Source of the DNA: an uncultured Lentisphaeraceae bacterium
GTDB taxonomy: Bacteria; Verrucomicrobiota; Kiritimatiellia; RFP12; UBA1067
Direction: 5' to 3'
DNA: 64,000 bases
Assembly (NCBI GenBank): GCA_964406095.1
Contig: CAYOQJ010000120.1
Coordinates: 10,403 to 74,402 of the forward strand
This document shows positions 18,815-28,358 of this stretch, piece after piece. Made by a program: the position numbers and the translations under genes. The notes below the pieces were generated by a model, which was not told where the DNA came from, made no database searches, and worked only from the letters and a program-made list of their open reading frames with translations. How positions within the stretch are numbered: position 1 is the first letter of the stretch; each line of letters starts with the position of its first letter.

Positions 18815-19002
18815 CTTAATAAAACAGCGACACTTTACTGTTTTGCATTTTAAAAATCAAGTGTGGAAAACAGTAAAACAAGGTCGGGAAAAGGACTTTT
18901 ATCTGCCAAGTAACAGTCGCAAACATACTGTTTTTTCTTTAACACGCTTGTAATCAATGGCTTAGGTTAGAAAATATTATGCTGTTTTTTTACGCTTCGT
19001 AG

Positions 19003-19032
19003 TTGACTTTAAAGGCGATTCAGGACTAAAAT
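19003..19032 (+). promoter_or_regulatory. candidate sigma-70 promoter of the dcw cluster (TTGACT-N18-TAAAAT)
   Basis: TTGACT at 19003-19008 and TAAAAT at 19027-19032, about 30 nt upstream of the mraZ ATG. Sequence match only. Confidence 0.35.
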
Positions 19033-19061
19033 GACGGTGACAAGTCAGGAATAGTCTTATA

Positions 19062-19586
19062 ATGTCTGAAATAGTCAAAAAAGAGGAGGCCCGCGACAGT
19101 AGCGTTGGGGTGCTGGTCGGCAGCAAGATGCGTAATCTTGACCGGCAGCAACGCCTTACCATCAACGCCAACTGGCGACATGCGTTTGGCCTCGACGCTG
19201 ACGGACAGACACGCGTGTACCTTGCTCCTGGAACAACTGCTGACGGTCAGAGCTGTCTTGATATGATACCGGGTTCCGTAATAAGAAAAAGATACGCGTT
19301 TTTAAAGGACATTGCCGAAGATGATCCGGTACGCGCACAGATTGCCCTGTTATTCAGGAATATGGAGCACAAAGCACTGGATGTGCAGGGACGTCTGGGA
19401 ATACCTGAGACTTTGCGTCAATACGCTGGCATCAAAAATACTGTGCTGATGATTGGTGCGGGTGACTGCATTAAGATCATGGCGGCATCCGACGAAGAGA
19501 AGAGCGTTGAAAAAATTGATTTCGATGAGTTTAAAAATGCCCGCATCGTGTTGGCGAAGCTACGGAGCGAGCTGCATAAAAGCTAA
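19062..19586 (+). CDS. mraZ: division/cell wall cluster transcriptional regulator MraZ
   Basis: 174 aa with two MraZ/SpoVT-AbrB-type motifs, NLDRQQRLTI and LDVQGRLGIP. It is the first gene of the dcw cluster. The N-terminus is ~15 aa longer than classical MraZ, so the start is uncertain. Confidence 0.85.
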   Translation: MSEIVKKEEARDSSVGVLVGSKMRNLDRQQRLTINANWRHAFGLDADGQTRVYLAPGTTADGQSCLDMIPGSVIRKRYAFLKDIAEDDPVRAQIALLFRNMEHKALDVQGRLGIPETLRQYAGIKNTVLMIGAGDCIKIMAASDEEKSVEKIDFDEFKNARIVLAKLRSELHKS

Positions 19587-19711
19587 CCGGTTATTTTGTG
19601 CGGCAGCGAATTAAATTTGTATCGCCTGGCTGTGCATCATTGCGGCATTCCGGACGCGGAGAGTCTGTAGGGTGTTACAGCCGGCGATATTTTAAAGCAC
19701 TGGGAGAGCAG

Positions 19712-20662
19712 ATGCATCTTTCCGTACTTTTGAAGGAGATCGTTGATCTCCTGAATGTCAGACCGGGCGGAGTTTACATCGACGGTACTGTCGGCTTTGC
19801 CGGACATGCGTGCGCTATACTGGAACGTGCCGGTGCCAGCGGAAGAGTGTTGGGAATTGATAAAGATGCTCAAGCACTCGCGGCTGCGGAACTCAATCTG
19901 CGGACACTGGCCGGTGAGAAACAGCTCGTGCACGGGAGCCACGGCGCGATTGCTCGTCTGGCGGCAGAGAACGGTTTTAAAGATGTGGATGGCATTCTGC
20001 TGGATCTCGGGGTGTCGTCCTGGCAGCTCGATAACGCGGAACGCGGATTCAGTTTTATGCGTGACGGCAAACTTTCCATGCTTATGGATGCCGATTCCGG
20101 TGAAATGGATGCGGCCCGGATGTTGGCAAGTTTCAATGATGATGAGTTGGCGGAGATTTTCCGCCGCTACGGCGAAGAGCCGCACGCGCGCAGGATTGCC
20201 CGGGCAATCGTGGCCGCACGGGAGAAAAAACCGATTATATCGACACTGCAACTCGCTGATATAGTGAGCGGTGTTGTCGGCAGACGTGGCTCCAGACATC
20301 CTGCGACGCGTGTTTTTCAGGCCATCAGAATGTACTTGAACTCTGAGATAGAAGAGTTGAATCAGGCACTTGAGAGTGGATTGGAGCTTCTCCGACCCGG
20401 AGGGCGTATGGCGGTGATAACCTTCGAAAGCCTAACCGACAGAGAGGTCAAACACCGCTTTGCGAGCCATGCGGGTAAATGGATTTCATTGCAACAGGGC
20501 GGCGAGCGATGGGAGGGAAAACTTCCTCCGGTGTACAGAATAACCCGCAAACCGGTCGAGGTCGGCGCAGAGGAACTGGCATTCAATCCGCGAGCCCGTT
20601 CCGCACGTCTGCGGGTGGTTGAACGTCTGGAGCGGCCGACAAAAAAGAGACGTGACAGTTAA
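19712..20662 (+). CDS. rsmH: 16S rRNA (cytosine1402-N4)-methyltransferase RsmH
   Basis: Motifs: HLSVLLKEIVDLL, YIDGTVGFAGHA, DGILLDLGVSSWQLD, HPATRVFQAIR. I prefer the ATG at 19712. The ORF track start at 19598 adds 38 non-conserved residues. Confidence 0.9.
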   Translation: MHLSVLLKEIVDLLNVRPGGVYIDGTVGFAGHACAILERAGASGRVLGIDKDAQALAAAELNLRTLAGEKQLVHGSHGAIARLAAENGFKDVDGILLDLGVSSWQLDNAERGFSFMRDGKLSMLMDADSGEMDAARMLASFNDDELAEIFRRYGEEPHARRIARAIVAAREKKPIISTLQLADIVSGVVGRRGSRHPATRVFQAIRMYLNSEIEELNQALESGLELLRPGGRMAVITFESLTDREVKHRFASHAGKWISLQQGGERWEGKLPPVYRITRKPVEVGAEELAFNPRARSARLRVVERLERPTKKRRDS

Positions 20663-20701
20663 CGATTTAAAATTTAACGGATAAACGAAAGAGGTTGTAT
20701 T

Positions 20702-21103
20702 ATGTCAGTAAAAAGAAATGTTAAACGCAATCGTAAAAGAAGAAGCCGCGTGTTGTGGCAACCTTTTACGGGAGCCATTGGAATGATTGTCCTGGCTTAT
20801 CTGTGCTACTTCTTTTTGTCAGATAAAAATCAGGCTCTGGTGGATGAAATCCGACTGCAGCAACAGGAACTTGATCGGCTCGATAAGCAGTGTGTTCGGG
20901 AAGAGGCCCGTTGGAATGCAATGAAGTCATCTGAGCGGCTGGAACTATCAATGCGTTCACATGGCATCGCAATGAATCTGCCAGCCGCGCGACAGGTGGT
21001 GCGCATGGATTCCGACGGAGTGCCCCGCGAAGGCCAGGTGTCGGTGGCCTATCTGCGTGCTCTGGTCGCGGGAAATGTGGCTAAAGCCGAGCTCGACAGA
21101 TAA
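20702..21103 (+). CDS. FtsL-like cell division protein (basic N-terminus, one TM, coiled coil)
   Basis: 133 aa with a KR-rich N-terminus, a TM segment (GAIGMIVLAYLCYFFL) and a coiled coil (LQQQELDRLDKQ). Its position between rsmH and ftsI supports the call. Confidence 0.6.
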   Translation: MSVKRNVKRNRKRRSRVLWQPFTGAIGMIVLAYLCYFFLSDKNQALVDEIRLQQQELDRLDKQCVREEARWNAMKSSERLELSMRSHGIAMNLPAARQVVRMDSDGVPREGQVSVAYLRALVAGNVAKAELDR

Positions 21104-21124
21104 AACGGCTCCTTTTGCTCAACA

Positions 21125-22945
21125 GTGCAGCAGCTCTGGCATGGTGAACCAATGGATGACCGATACTTCAGGAATTGGGCACTGCTCATTACCGGCGGAT
21201 TTCTGTTTTGCTTCGGAGCGATCGGCGTAAAACTCTGTGTTGAACACACAAAAATACCCGACATCAAAGTAGATGAAAAACGCGAGTTTGATTATAACCT
21301 CGAGGCCCTGCGCGGTAAAATTTACGATCGGAATGGGCAGCAAAATCCAATGGCAATGAGCCTTTTCACTCGCCTCTATTTTGTTGATCCGCATGTAAAT
21401 TCAACCAGAATCTGTCATCGTACCAATCTTGTGCCCATGGTTAGTCTGCTTGCCGATACTTTCCAAGTGAAGCGCGATGAACTTTGGCATAAATATCAGA
21501 CCATCTCACCGGAAAGTTACCAAGCTCTGCTTTACAACAACCCCGATGATCAGTTGTGGAGAAAATATCGATCTCATAATCGACGCAATGTCATCGCGCT
21601 CTCCGACAGTGAAGAAGTGTACAGCGTCATTACCAATAAAACGCTGATTTCCGGGGTTGGTATTAAGAACAAGGTCGTGCGTACCTATCCCGGACGCCGG
21701 AGAATGTCGCATGTGCTCGGCTTCGTCAATAATATGGGCGTCGGCAGTGCCGGTGTCGAACAATGCTACGATTCATACCTAAGAGGGGTGCAGGGGCGAA
21801 TCGAAGGACAGAAAGATGCCAGGGGTCGAATAATCTCTTATCGCCGCAGTATCCTGGTTGACCCGATCAACGGTTCCGATCTCTACCTTACTCTCGATTC
21901 AAATATCCAGTATATAGTGGAAAAATCTCTGAGCGGTGTTGTACAGAAATTCAATGCCGCAGGCGGTTGGGCAATCGTGGAAAAGGTCAAAACCGGTGAG
22001 ATTATGGCAATGGCCTCCTTTCCCGATTTCGAACCGGAATTCTATAATAATGTCAATTCAAACATCTGGGTTAATAAAGCGGTCAGCGTAAATTACGAGC
22101 CTGGTTCTGCGATGAAACCGATTATTGCCTGCGCCGCGCTCAATCACGGTGTTATCGCAGAGCATCAGAAACTGGATGTGGGGCTTTCTAAAATCTGGTT
22201 CTACGCCGGTAGGCCTCTGCGCGATCATGTAACCGGTATGGTTGATCTGCGTAAAGCATTGGTGAAATCCAGTAATATCTATTTCGCCAAGCTCGGTCTG
22301 ATGATGGGTAACGAGTGTATCTACCGCTATCTGCGTGCATTTAATTTCGGTTCTAAACTAGGAATCGATCTGCCCGGTGAACAATTCGGCATAGTGCGCC
22401 AACCGCAGAAATGGGATAGCCTGACACCGACACGCGTGCCGATCGGCCAGGGTGTGGCTGTGACGGCACTGCAGCTGATCAACGCTTTCGCTTGCATCGC
22501 CAACGACGGAGTCCTTATGAAACCCTATGTGGTCGATAAGATCGTATCTCCCAAAGGTGAGGTGGTGTTCAAAAACAAACCGACCATAATCGGAAGGCCC
22601 GTGCGCCGCGATGTAGCAGCACTTGTGCGCGAAATGATGATCGGGATCACAAAATCCGGGGGTACAGGAAAAAGTGCCGCAGTGAGGGGTTATACCGTTG
22701 CCGGCAAAACCGGTACCGCGCAAAAACCGGTGGATGGAATTTATTCACAAACCGATTACTATGCCACATTTGTAGGTTTTATCCCCGCCGTAAATCCCGA
22801 AGTGGCCATTCTGATCAGCGTGGATACCCCCAAACCCCAGCATACCGGCGGATATGTGGCAGGGCCCGCCTTTGCGGAAATCGCTTCGGCACTGGTGCGT
22901 TATCTTGAAATTCCACCAGATGATTTTGTGGAGGAAAAATTGTGA
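21125..22945 (+). CDS. ftsI: peptidoglycan D,D-transpeptidase FtsI / class B PBP
   Basis: 606 aa with an N-terminal TM segment and transpeptidase motifs SAMKP (SxxK), SSN and KTGTA. A GTG at 21125 or an ATG at 21152 are both possible starts. Confidence 0.9.
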   Translation: MQQLWHGEPMDDRYFRNWALLITGGFLFCFGAIGVKLCVEHTKIPDIKVDEKREFDYNLEALRGKIYDRNGQQNPMAMSLFTRLYFVDPHVNSTRICHRTNLVPMVSLLADTFQVKRDELWHKYQTISPESYQALLYNNPDDQLWRKYRSHNRRNVIALSDSEEVYSVITNKTLISGVGIKNKVVRTYPGRRRMSHVLGFVNNMGVGSAGVEQCYDSYLRGVQGRIEGQKDARGRIISYRRSILVDPINGSDLYLTLDSNIQYIVEKSLSGVVQKFNAAGGWAIVEKVKTGEIMAMASFPDFEPEFYNNVNSNIWVNKAVSVNYEPGSAMKPIIACAALNHGVIAEHQKLDVGLSKIWFYAGRPLRDHVTGMVDLRKALVKSSNIYFAKLGLMMGNECIYRYLRAFNFGSKLGIDLPGEQFGIVRQPQKWDSLTPTRVPIGQGVAVTALQLINAFACIANDGVLMKPYVVDKIVSPKGEVVFKNKPTIIGRPVRRDVAALVREMMIGITKSGGTGKSAAVRGYTVAGKTGTAQKPVDGIYSQTDYYATFVGFIPAVNPEVAILISVDTPKPQHTGGYVAGPAFAEIASALVRYLEIPPDDFVEEKL

Positions 22946-24423
22946 AACTGAATAGCATCAAGGAGCTGAAATCAATAATTGTGGACGGTGATGCGGATAT
23001 TGAGTTCAGCGGAGTCAACTGCGATTCACGCCTCGTACGCCGTGGTGATCTGTTCGTGGCGATCGACGGCTGTCGTGAGGATGGCTCCCGATATATTAGC
23101 AACGCTTTTGAACGCGGCGCCAGCGGTGCGGTCAGCAGTAAAGCACCGCAATGTGTCGGTGCTAGATGCGTTCAGGTAACCGATCCGCGGCGGGCGGCCG
23201 CTTTGATTGCCGCTGCGGTGCATGACTGGCCCGCCAGACGGATGGACATCTTCGCGGTGACCGGCACAAATGGCAAAACAACAAGTGCCTGGCTGCTGAG
23301 CGAAATGCTAAAATCAGCCGGCCGTAAAGCTGGTTTGTTTTCCACTGTCAGTATAACCTACCCCGACCGCGAAATTCCTGCACTTCGTACCACTCCGGAT
23401 GCCTGCACATTGCAAACTCTGCTTGCCGATATGCAACGTGCACAGTGTGACGCAGTCGTCATGGAGTGCTCGTCACACGCGCTACATCAGCAACGCGTCG
23501 CTGGAATACCATTTAAAGCTGGCATCTTTACCAACCTTTCACAAGACCACCTTGATTATCACCACAATATGCAGGCTTACTTTGATGCCAAACTTCTTTT
23601 GTTCAGACAGATGGCGGAGTTGAATCCCGCGGCTCCCGCATTCTGCTGTATAGATGGTGAATACGGTCTGCGTATGGCGGCAGCCGTACGATCACTCAAG
23701 CTGCCCTGCGTGACCATTGGCTTTTCAGAACAGGCTGATCTGCGTATCAATGCCTTGCGTTCCAGCGCTGCAGGCAGCAGCTTTGTCCTGAATGGCTGCG
23801 GTGCGTGTAATCTTGAATTTAACACCAGTTTGGCTGGACGTTACAACGTGCAGAATATCGCCTGTGCCGCTGCAACGGCACAGGCTTTCGGCACCGGCTG
23901 GCCGGAGATAATCCGCACCGTCGCGGCTCAGCAAGCGAAATGGGGCCGTTTGGAACGTGTGCCACTTAATGATTGCCCTTATGATGCCTTTGTTGATTAT
24001 GCGCATACCGATGACGCGCTTCGTAATGTGCTCACAACTCTGCGCGAAATCACTAAAAAACGATTGATAGTTGTTTTCGGCTGCGGCGGCGACCGCGATA
24101 AAACAAAGCGCCCTCTGATGGGACGCGTCTGTACTGAACTGGCCGATGTTGTGATCGTTACCTCCGATAACCCGCGCAGCGAGAATCCCAATCATATCAT
24201 CGCGGACATCATGCGCGGCATCCCGCAACATCGCCACCTGCATGTATGTCCCGATCGACGGGAGGCTATTCGCACCGCTGTTCGTCTGGCCGCCGCCGAT
24301 GATGTTTTGCTGATCGCCGGCAAAGGACATGAGTGTTTTCAGGAGTGCGCCGGACGTTCATTGCCCTTTGATGACCGCCAGGTGTTGATGGAAGAGCGTG
24401 ACTGCCTGGATGATGACCGCTGA
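22942..24423 (+). CDS. murE: UDP-N-acetylmuramoyl-L-alanyl-D-glutamate--2,6-diaminopimelate ligase
   Basis: 493 aa with GTNGKTT and a DNPR motif (TSDNPRSENP), which indicates meso-DAP specificity. Overlaps the ftsI stop by 4 nt. Confidence 0.93.
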   Translation: MKLNSIKELKSIIVDGDADIEFSGVNCDSRLVRRGDLFVAIDGCREDGSRYISNAFERGASGAVSSKAPQCVGARCVQVTDPRRAAALIAAAVHDWPARRMDIFAVTGTNGKTTSAWLLSEMLKSAGRKAGLFSTVSITYPDREIPALRTTPDACTLQTLLADMQRAQCDAVVMECSSHALHQQRVAGIPFKAGIFTNLSQDHLDYHHNMQAYFDAKLLLFRQMAELNPAAPAFCCIDGEYGLRMAAAVRSLKLPCVTIGFSEQADLRINALRSSAAGSSFVLNGCGACNLEFNTSLAGRYNVQNIACAAATAQAFGTGWPEIIRTVAAQQAKWGRLERVPLNDCPYDAFVDYAHTDDALRNVLTTLREITKKRLIVVFGCGGDRDKTKRPLMGRVCTELADVVIVTSDNPRSENPNHIIADIMRGIPQHRHLHVCPDRREAIRTAVRLAAADDVLLIAGKGHECFQECAGRSLPFDDRQVLMEERDCLDDDR

Positions 24424-24468
24424 GAAAAATCTGAAAATCTGAGTAATTTAGATCAATCTGGATGGATT

Positions 24469-25866
24469 ATGGATAAGCTGAATAATGATGACACGGTGAT
24501 CTTTAATTCCGAAAACTTTGCGGAATGGGTCAACGGCACACCACAACTGATGCCGCCTGCTTTCAGAGGTGTCACACAGAATACACGAATACTCAAGCCC
24601 GGTATGCTTTACGTCGCTCTGCGCGGCGAAAAATTCGACGGCCACGATTTTGTCGAAAGCGCTTTACAGAATGGCGCAGTTGCGGCTATGGTCGAACACG
24701 ACCACCCCTTCACCCTCGCCAATCCAGATAAACCTCTACTATTGGTTGATAGCCCGCGGCGTGCTCTGCTTGATGCTGCCGGTGCCTGGCGTTTGCAGAG
24801 TCGCGCCAAAATTATCGGTATCACAGGCAGCTGCGGAAAAACTACCGCCAAAGAGATGGCTGCCGCGCTATGCTCCCTCTCCGGTAGGGTTTGCGCTACC
24901 CAGAAAAACCTCAACAATGATATCGGTTTGCCGCTCAGTTTGCTCTCCATGCCCCCCAACTGCGATTTCGGTATCTTTGAAATAGGTACAAGCCACCCTG
25001 GAGAAATTAAAAACTTGAGCCGGGTGCTTAACCCGGATATCGGAATTATAACCTCTGTCGGAACAGCCCATATTGAGAACTTTGGATCGTCAGAGGCCAT
25101 CGTCCGTGAGAAAGCTTCCCTGACTACCGGTATAAAATCAGGAGGCTGCCTCGTGCTCAGTATGGATGATGAGTACTATGAAGTCTTGAAAAACTCATCC
25201 GATGTGCCTGTGTTTACCGTTTCATTGCGTGACAATTCAGCCGATTACTTCGGTGAACTTACCGATCTGCTTGCCGGCCGGATTACAATCACGGAACGAT
25301 GCAGCCGCTTGCGCGTTGATCTGCATAGCAACATGCCCGGCGAGTATAACGCCATCAACCTTCTGCTGGCTTATGCCGCTGTGAGATTGGCCGGTGTCGA
25401 CGGAGAATCAGCTACGCCAGCCTTGCATGCGCTGGCTATGCCGGATATGCGCTGGCAGCGGGTAGTACGGCGCGGCGCCGTGATCATCAACGATGCCTAT
25501 AATGCGAATCCGCAGAGTGTCAGTGCGGCACTCGGAGTCTTCCGGCAGCTAAGCTGCGGCGGACGTAAAATACTGGTTCTCGGTGATATGCTCGAACTCG
25601 GAAAGTTCGCGGCGGAACTGCACCGCGCCGTAGGTGCCGCCGCTGCCGAAATTGCGCCGCATTCCATCTGCTTGATCGGTAAAATCTCCGCTGAACACAC
25701 TCTGCGTGGTGCCCTTGAAAATGGATTTCCTCAACATAATATAATGCTTTTTAATAACGCCTCCGAGGCAGGTGATATACTGAAAAAGTTTGTCGTTAAA
25801 GGCGACCTGCTGCTCCTGAAGGCTTCGCGCGGGATGCACCTGGAAGACGTTCTGGAAAAAATCTGA
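24469..25866 (+). CDS. murF: UDP-N-acetylmuramoyl-tripeptide--D-alanyl-D-alanine ligase
   Basis: 465 aa with ITGSCGKTT, EIGTSHPGEI and INDAYNANP. Confidence 0.9.
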   Translation: MDKLNNDDTVIFNSENFAEWVNGTPQLMPPAFRGVTQNTRILKPGMLYVALRGEKFDGHDFVESALQNGAVAAMVEHDHPFTLANPDKPLLLVDSPRRALLDAAGAWRLQSRAKIIGITGSCGKTTAKEMAAALCSLSGRVCATQKNLNNDIGLPLSLLSMPPNCDFGIFEIGTSHPGEIKNLSRVLNPDIGIITSVGTAHIENFGSSEAIVREKASLTTGIKSGGCLVLSMDDEYYEVLKNSSDVPVFTVSLRDNSADYFGELTDLLAGRITITERCSRLRVDLHSNMPGEYNAINLLLAYAAVRLAGVDGESATPALHALAMPDMRWQRVVRRGAVIINDAYNANPQSVSAALGVFRQLSCGGRKILVLGDMLELGKFAAELHRAVGAAAAEIAPHSICLIGKISAEHTLRGALENGFPQHNIMLFNNASEAGDILKKFVVKGDLLLLKASRGMHLEDVLEKI

Positions 25867-25882
25867 TTTCCCCGGAGAAATA

Positions 25883-27223
25883 ATGAACAGCTTCAGAAAT
25901 TTGAATGTCATCGTGTTGGGTGCCGGCGTAAGTGGATGCTCGGCAGCCAGACTGTTGCTGCGTAACGGTTGCCGTGTTGTGCTGGCGGATGAGGCCAGGC
26001 AACAGCTTGTAAAAGATCAACTCACCACCCTGACCGTCGCGGGGTGTGAGATTGTGTCAGGCCACCACTCCCTCCCATCCGTGCATTTTGAACTTTGTGT
26101 GGCCAGTCCTGCTTTTGCAGCTTCACATCCTTGGCTGAGTGAATGCCGTGCGCGTGGCATAAAAATTATCTCGGAGATGGAGCTGGGTTTTCATTACTGG
26201 AACGGCCGCATACTGGCCGTAACCGGCAGCAAGGGGAAAAGTTCCATCGTTAAACTCTGCTCAGATATCCTTGATAGTAGCGGGATCAAAGCCGCCCCCG
26301 CCGGTAATTACGGCACTCCGCTGTGCGATCTTGTCCCAGGACCGGGAGATGAAAGCTGGGCTGTCACGGAAGTTAGCTCGTTTCAGATGGAGAACACCAG
26401 CAACTTCTCGCCACAAATAGCGATCCTTCTTAATGTGCAGCCCGATCATCTCGATCGTCATGAGTCAATGCGTGAATACCAGAACCTTAAACTGAAGATG
26501 TTTGCACAGATGCGCCCGGGTTCGCTGGCTCTGATCCATGATGCTGTCAAACTAGATCGTTCGCTGCCTGAAGGAGTCAGGGTCGCTCGTTTCGGAAATA
26601 GCCCCGACAGTCAGTGGCATTGGTGCAATGGTTCTGTCAAGGGATGCACCGAAACTGGCGAAATCACTCTCGATGCCTCGGGAACATGGTTCGATAATCC
26701 GGTCTTCGGAGTTTCACTTGCGGCAGCCGTAGCGGCATTGCTGGAAGCAGGCGTGAACATCCGGCAGATCAAGAACGGATTACGTAATTTTCAACCGTTA
26801 CCACACCGGATGGAACTTTTCTACACCAGTAAAACGGGTGTTGACTTCATTGATGACTCAAAGGCTACCTCTATCGCAGCAATGTCGGCGGCTCTCAGAA
26901 TGGTAAGCACTCCAGTTCGTCTGATAGCTGGAGGCCTGCTTAAAGAAAATTTATCTGAAAAAACTCAAGAATTGCTGGCAAGCAATGTGAAAAAAGTATA
27001 TCTTATAGGTGATTGTTGTGAACAGATGTTTGCAACCTGGTACAAAGATGTGCCATGCGAAAGGTGCGGCACTCTCGAGGAAGCCGTCAGGAATATCTTG
27101 AGTGATGCGCAGAACGGTGATACGGTTCTGCTCTCACCCGGAACAGCCAGTTTTGACCAGTTTGACAATTACCGCGCTAGAGGAGAGCGGTTTAAACGGC
27201 TCGTCCTTGAAGGTTGTGAATAA
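25883..27223 (+). CDS. murD: UDP-N-acetylmuramoylalanine--D-glutamate ligase
   Basis: 446 aa with an N-terminal Rossmann segment (VLGAGVSGCSAARLL), VTGSKGKSS, and DDSKATS. Confidence 0.9.
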   Translation: MNSFRNLNVIVLGAGVSGCSAARLLLRNGCRVVLADEARQQLVKDQLTTLTVAGCEIVSGHHSLPSVHFELCVASPAFAASHPWLSECRARGIKIISEMELGFHYWNGRILAVTGSKGKSSIVKLCSDILDSSGIKAAPAGNYGTPLCDLVPGPGDESWAVTEVSSFQMENTSNFSPQIAILLNVQPDHLDRHESMREYQNLKLKMFAQMRPGSLALIHDAVKLDRSLPEGVRVARFGNSPDSQWHWCNGSVKGCTETGEITLDASGTWFDNPVFGVSLAAAVAALLEAGVNIRQIKNGLRNFQPLPHRMELFYTSKTGVDFIDDSKATSIAAMSAALRMVSTPVRLIAGGLLKENLSEKTQELLASNVKKVYLIGDCCEQMFATWYKDVPCERCGTLEEAVRNILSDAQNGDTVLLSPGTASFDQFDNYRARGERFKRLVLEGCE

Positions 27224-27293
27224 CATTGTGACGGCATCAGTAGTTTGGAATGAGCAGTATTTTTTACCGGAGTTAATAAGAGAAGGAGATACA

Positions 27294-28325
27294 ATGGATT
27301 ATCAGACATTACGTGTGGCACTGGGTGTGAACCTCCTCGCAGGTTGCCTTCTGTTTCAGGGCTGTGGCCTCTTGAATAGACAATCATCAGATGCGAATAT
27401 CGCATCGGATATCCCCGATGATGATCTTGGGCCTGTAACAGTTATCAGCGACGATTCAGCAGTTGTGCGGCCGACTGAAACCGTTACACCAGTTGAAACC
27501 GTAGCACCGGTTCCACGTTCTGCACCGGTTATTCCGCCTAAACCGAGGACAACTCCCTACACCATCAAGAAAGGCGATACAATCTCGGGTGTTGCCTATC
27601 GCTATCGTCTGCGCTGGCAGGATGTCCTAGCAATCAATCCGGGGCTTGAACCGCGGCGACTGCGCATCGGACAGATCATCCAATTGCCAGGAGTGGTCGA
27701 TCTGAGCAAAGCTCGTGCGGTTAAGTCCGCCGCTTCCTCTAAATCCTCAGCTAAAGTAAAACCGCCCAAGGTAACGGCTCCTAATGTCTCAACCCCTGAC
27801 CTCAATGCTCCCGGTAAGACCTATATCGTCAAAAAAGGCGATGTTCTTTCGATTATCGCTCAGAAAAACGGGATCAAAACTTCAGCTTTGATGGCAGCCA
27901 ACAACCTTAAGTCCGATCGCATTATTGTCGGCCAGAAACTTAAAATTCCCGGTTCCTCTAAGAACGTAAGTTCCTCGGAATCAAAATCTGCCGCACCTAA
28001 ACTTCCGCCTCCGCCTGTCAACACCGGCGAAACAACGAAAAAAGTCGTCGAAAGCGCTCCCGTTACCCTTGATTCCGCTGGCGAATCGCCAGACCAACAG
28101 CCAGCTAAAGAGCTCACCGAAAGCGTTCCGGAAACAGTTGTCGAAGAAGCGGCTGTAGAACCTGCACCGGAAAATCTGCAAACCTATACCGTGAAAGAGG
28201 GCGAGGATGTCTACGCTGTGGCAATCCGATGGGGAGTCTCTCCTAAAGAGATTACCTCTCTCAATAATCTTAGTTCTATTGAGCTTGAACCAGGTACAGT
28301 ACTTAAAATTCCAAGTGTGAAATAA
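27294..28325 (+). CDS. lipoprotein with three LysM domains and Pro/Ser/Ala-rich linkers
   Basis: Starts at the ATG at 27294 (AGAAGGAG upstream) with lipobox LLFQGC. The three LysM repeats are YTIKKGDTISGVAYRY.., YIVKKGDVLSIIAQKN.. and YTVKEGEDVYAVAIRW... The ORF track start at 27102 overlaps murD and is rejected. Confidence 0.85.
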   Translation: MDYQTLRVALGVNLLAGCLLFQGCGLLNRQSSDANIASDIPDDDLGPVTVISDDSAVVRPTETVTPVETVAPVPRSAPVIPPKPRTTPYTIKKGDTISGVAYRYRLRWQDVLAINPGLEPRRLRIGQIIQLPGVVDLSKARAVKSAASSKSSAKVKPPKVTAPNVSTPDLNAPGKTYIVKKGDVLSIIAQKNGIKTSALMAANNLKSDRIIVGQKLKIPGSSKNVSSSESKSAAPKLPPPPVNTGETTKKVVESAPVTLDSAGESPDQQPAKELTESVPETVVEEAAVEPAPENLQTYTVKEGEDVYAVAIRWGVSPKEITSLNNLSSIELEPGTVLKIPSVK

Positions 28326-28358
28326 CAGTGCTGCCGTTTCCGGAGTGCGGGGGAAACC

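Noticed and set aside
19058-19063. A perfect TATAAT box with GTGACA 15 nt upstream.
   Set aside because: It overlaps the annotated mraZ ATG (19062) and the spacer is short. It would only make sense if MraZ starts further downstream (GTG at 19110), and no ribosome-binding site supports that start.
19637-20299. Long antisense ORFs inside rsmH (220 aa). Similar ones lie inside the Gfo oxidoreductase (3262-3978), murE (23725-24330), the GH2 gene (45409-45993), glyQS (30155-30658) and hsp20 (32332-32841).
   Set aside because: Each lies opposite a gene with strong family motifs. None has a recognisable motif or ribosome-binding site. I treat them as shadow ORFs.
27102-27293. An upstream start for the LysM protein that overlaps murD by 122 nt.
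   Set aside because: The extension has no signal peptide. The ATG at 27294 has a strong AGAAGGAG site and yields a canonical lipoprotein signal.
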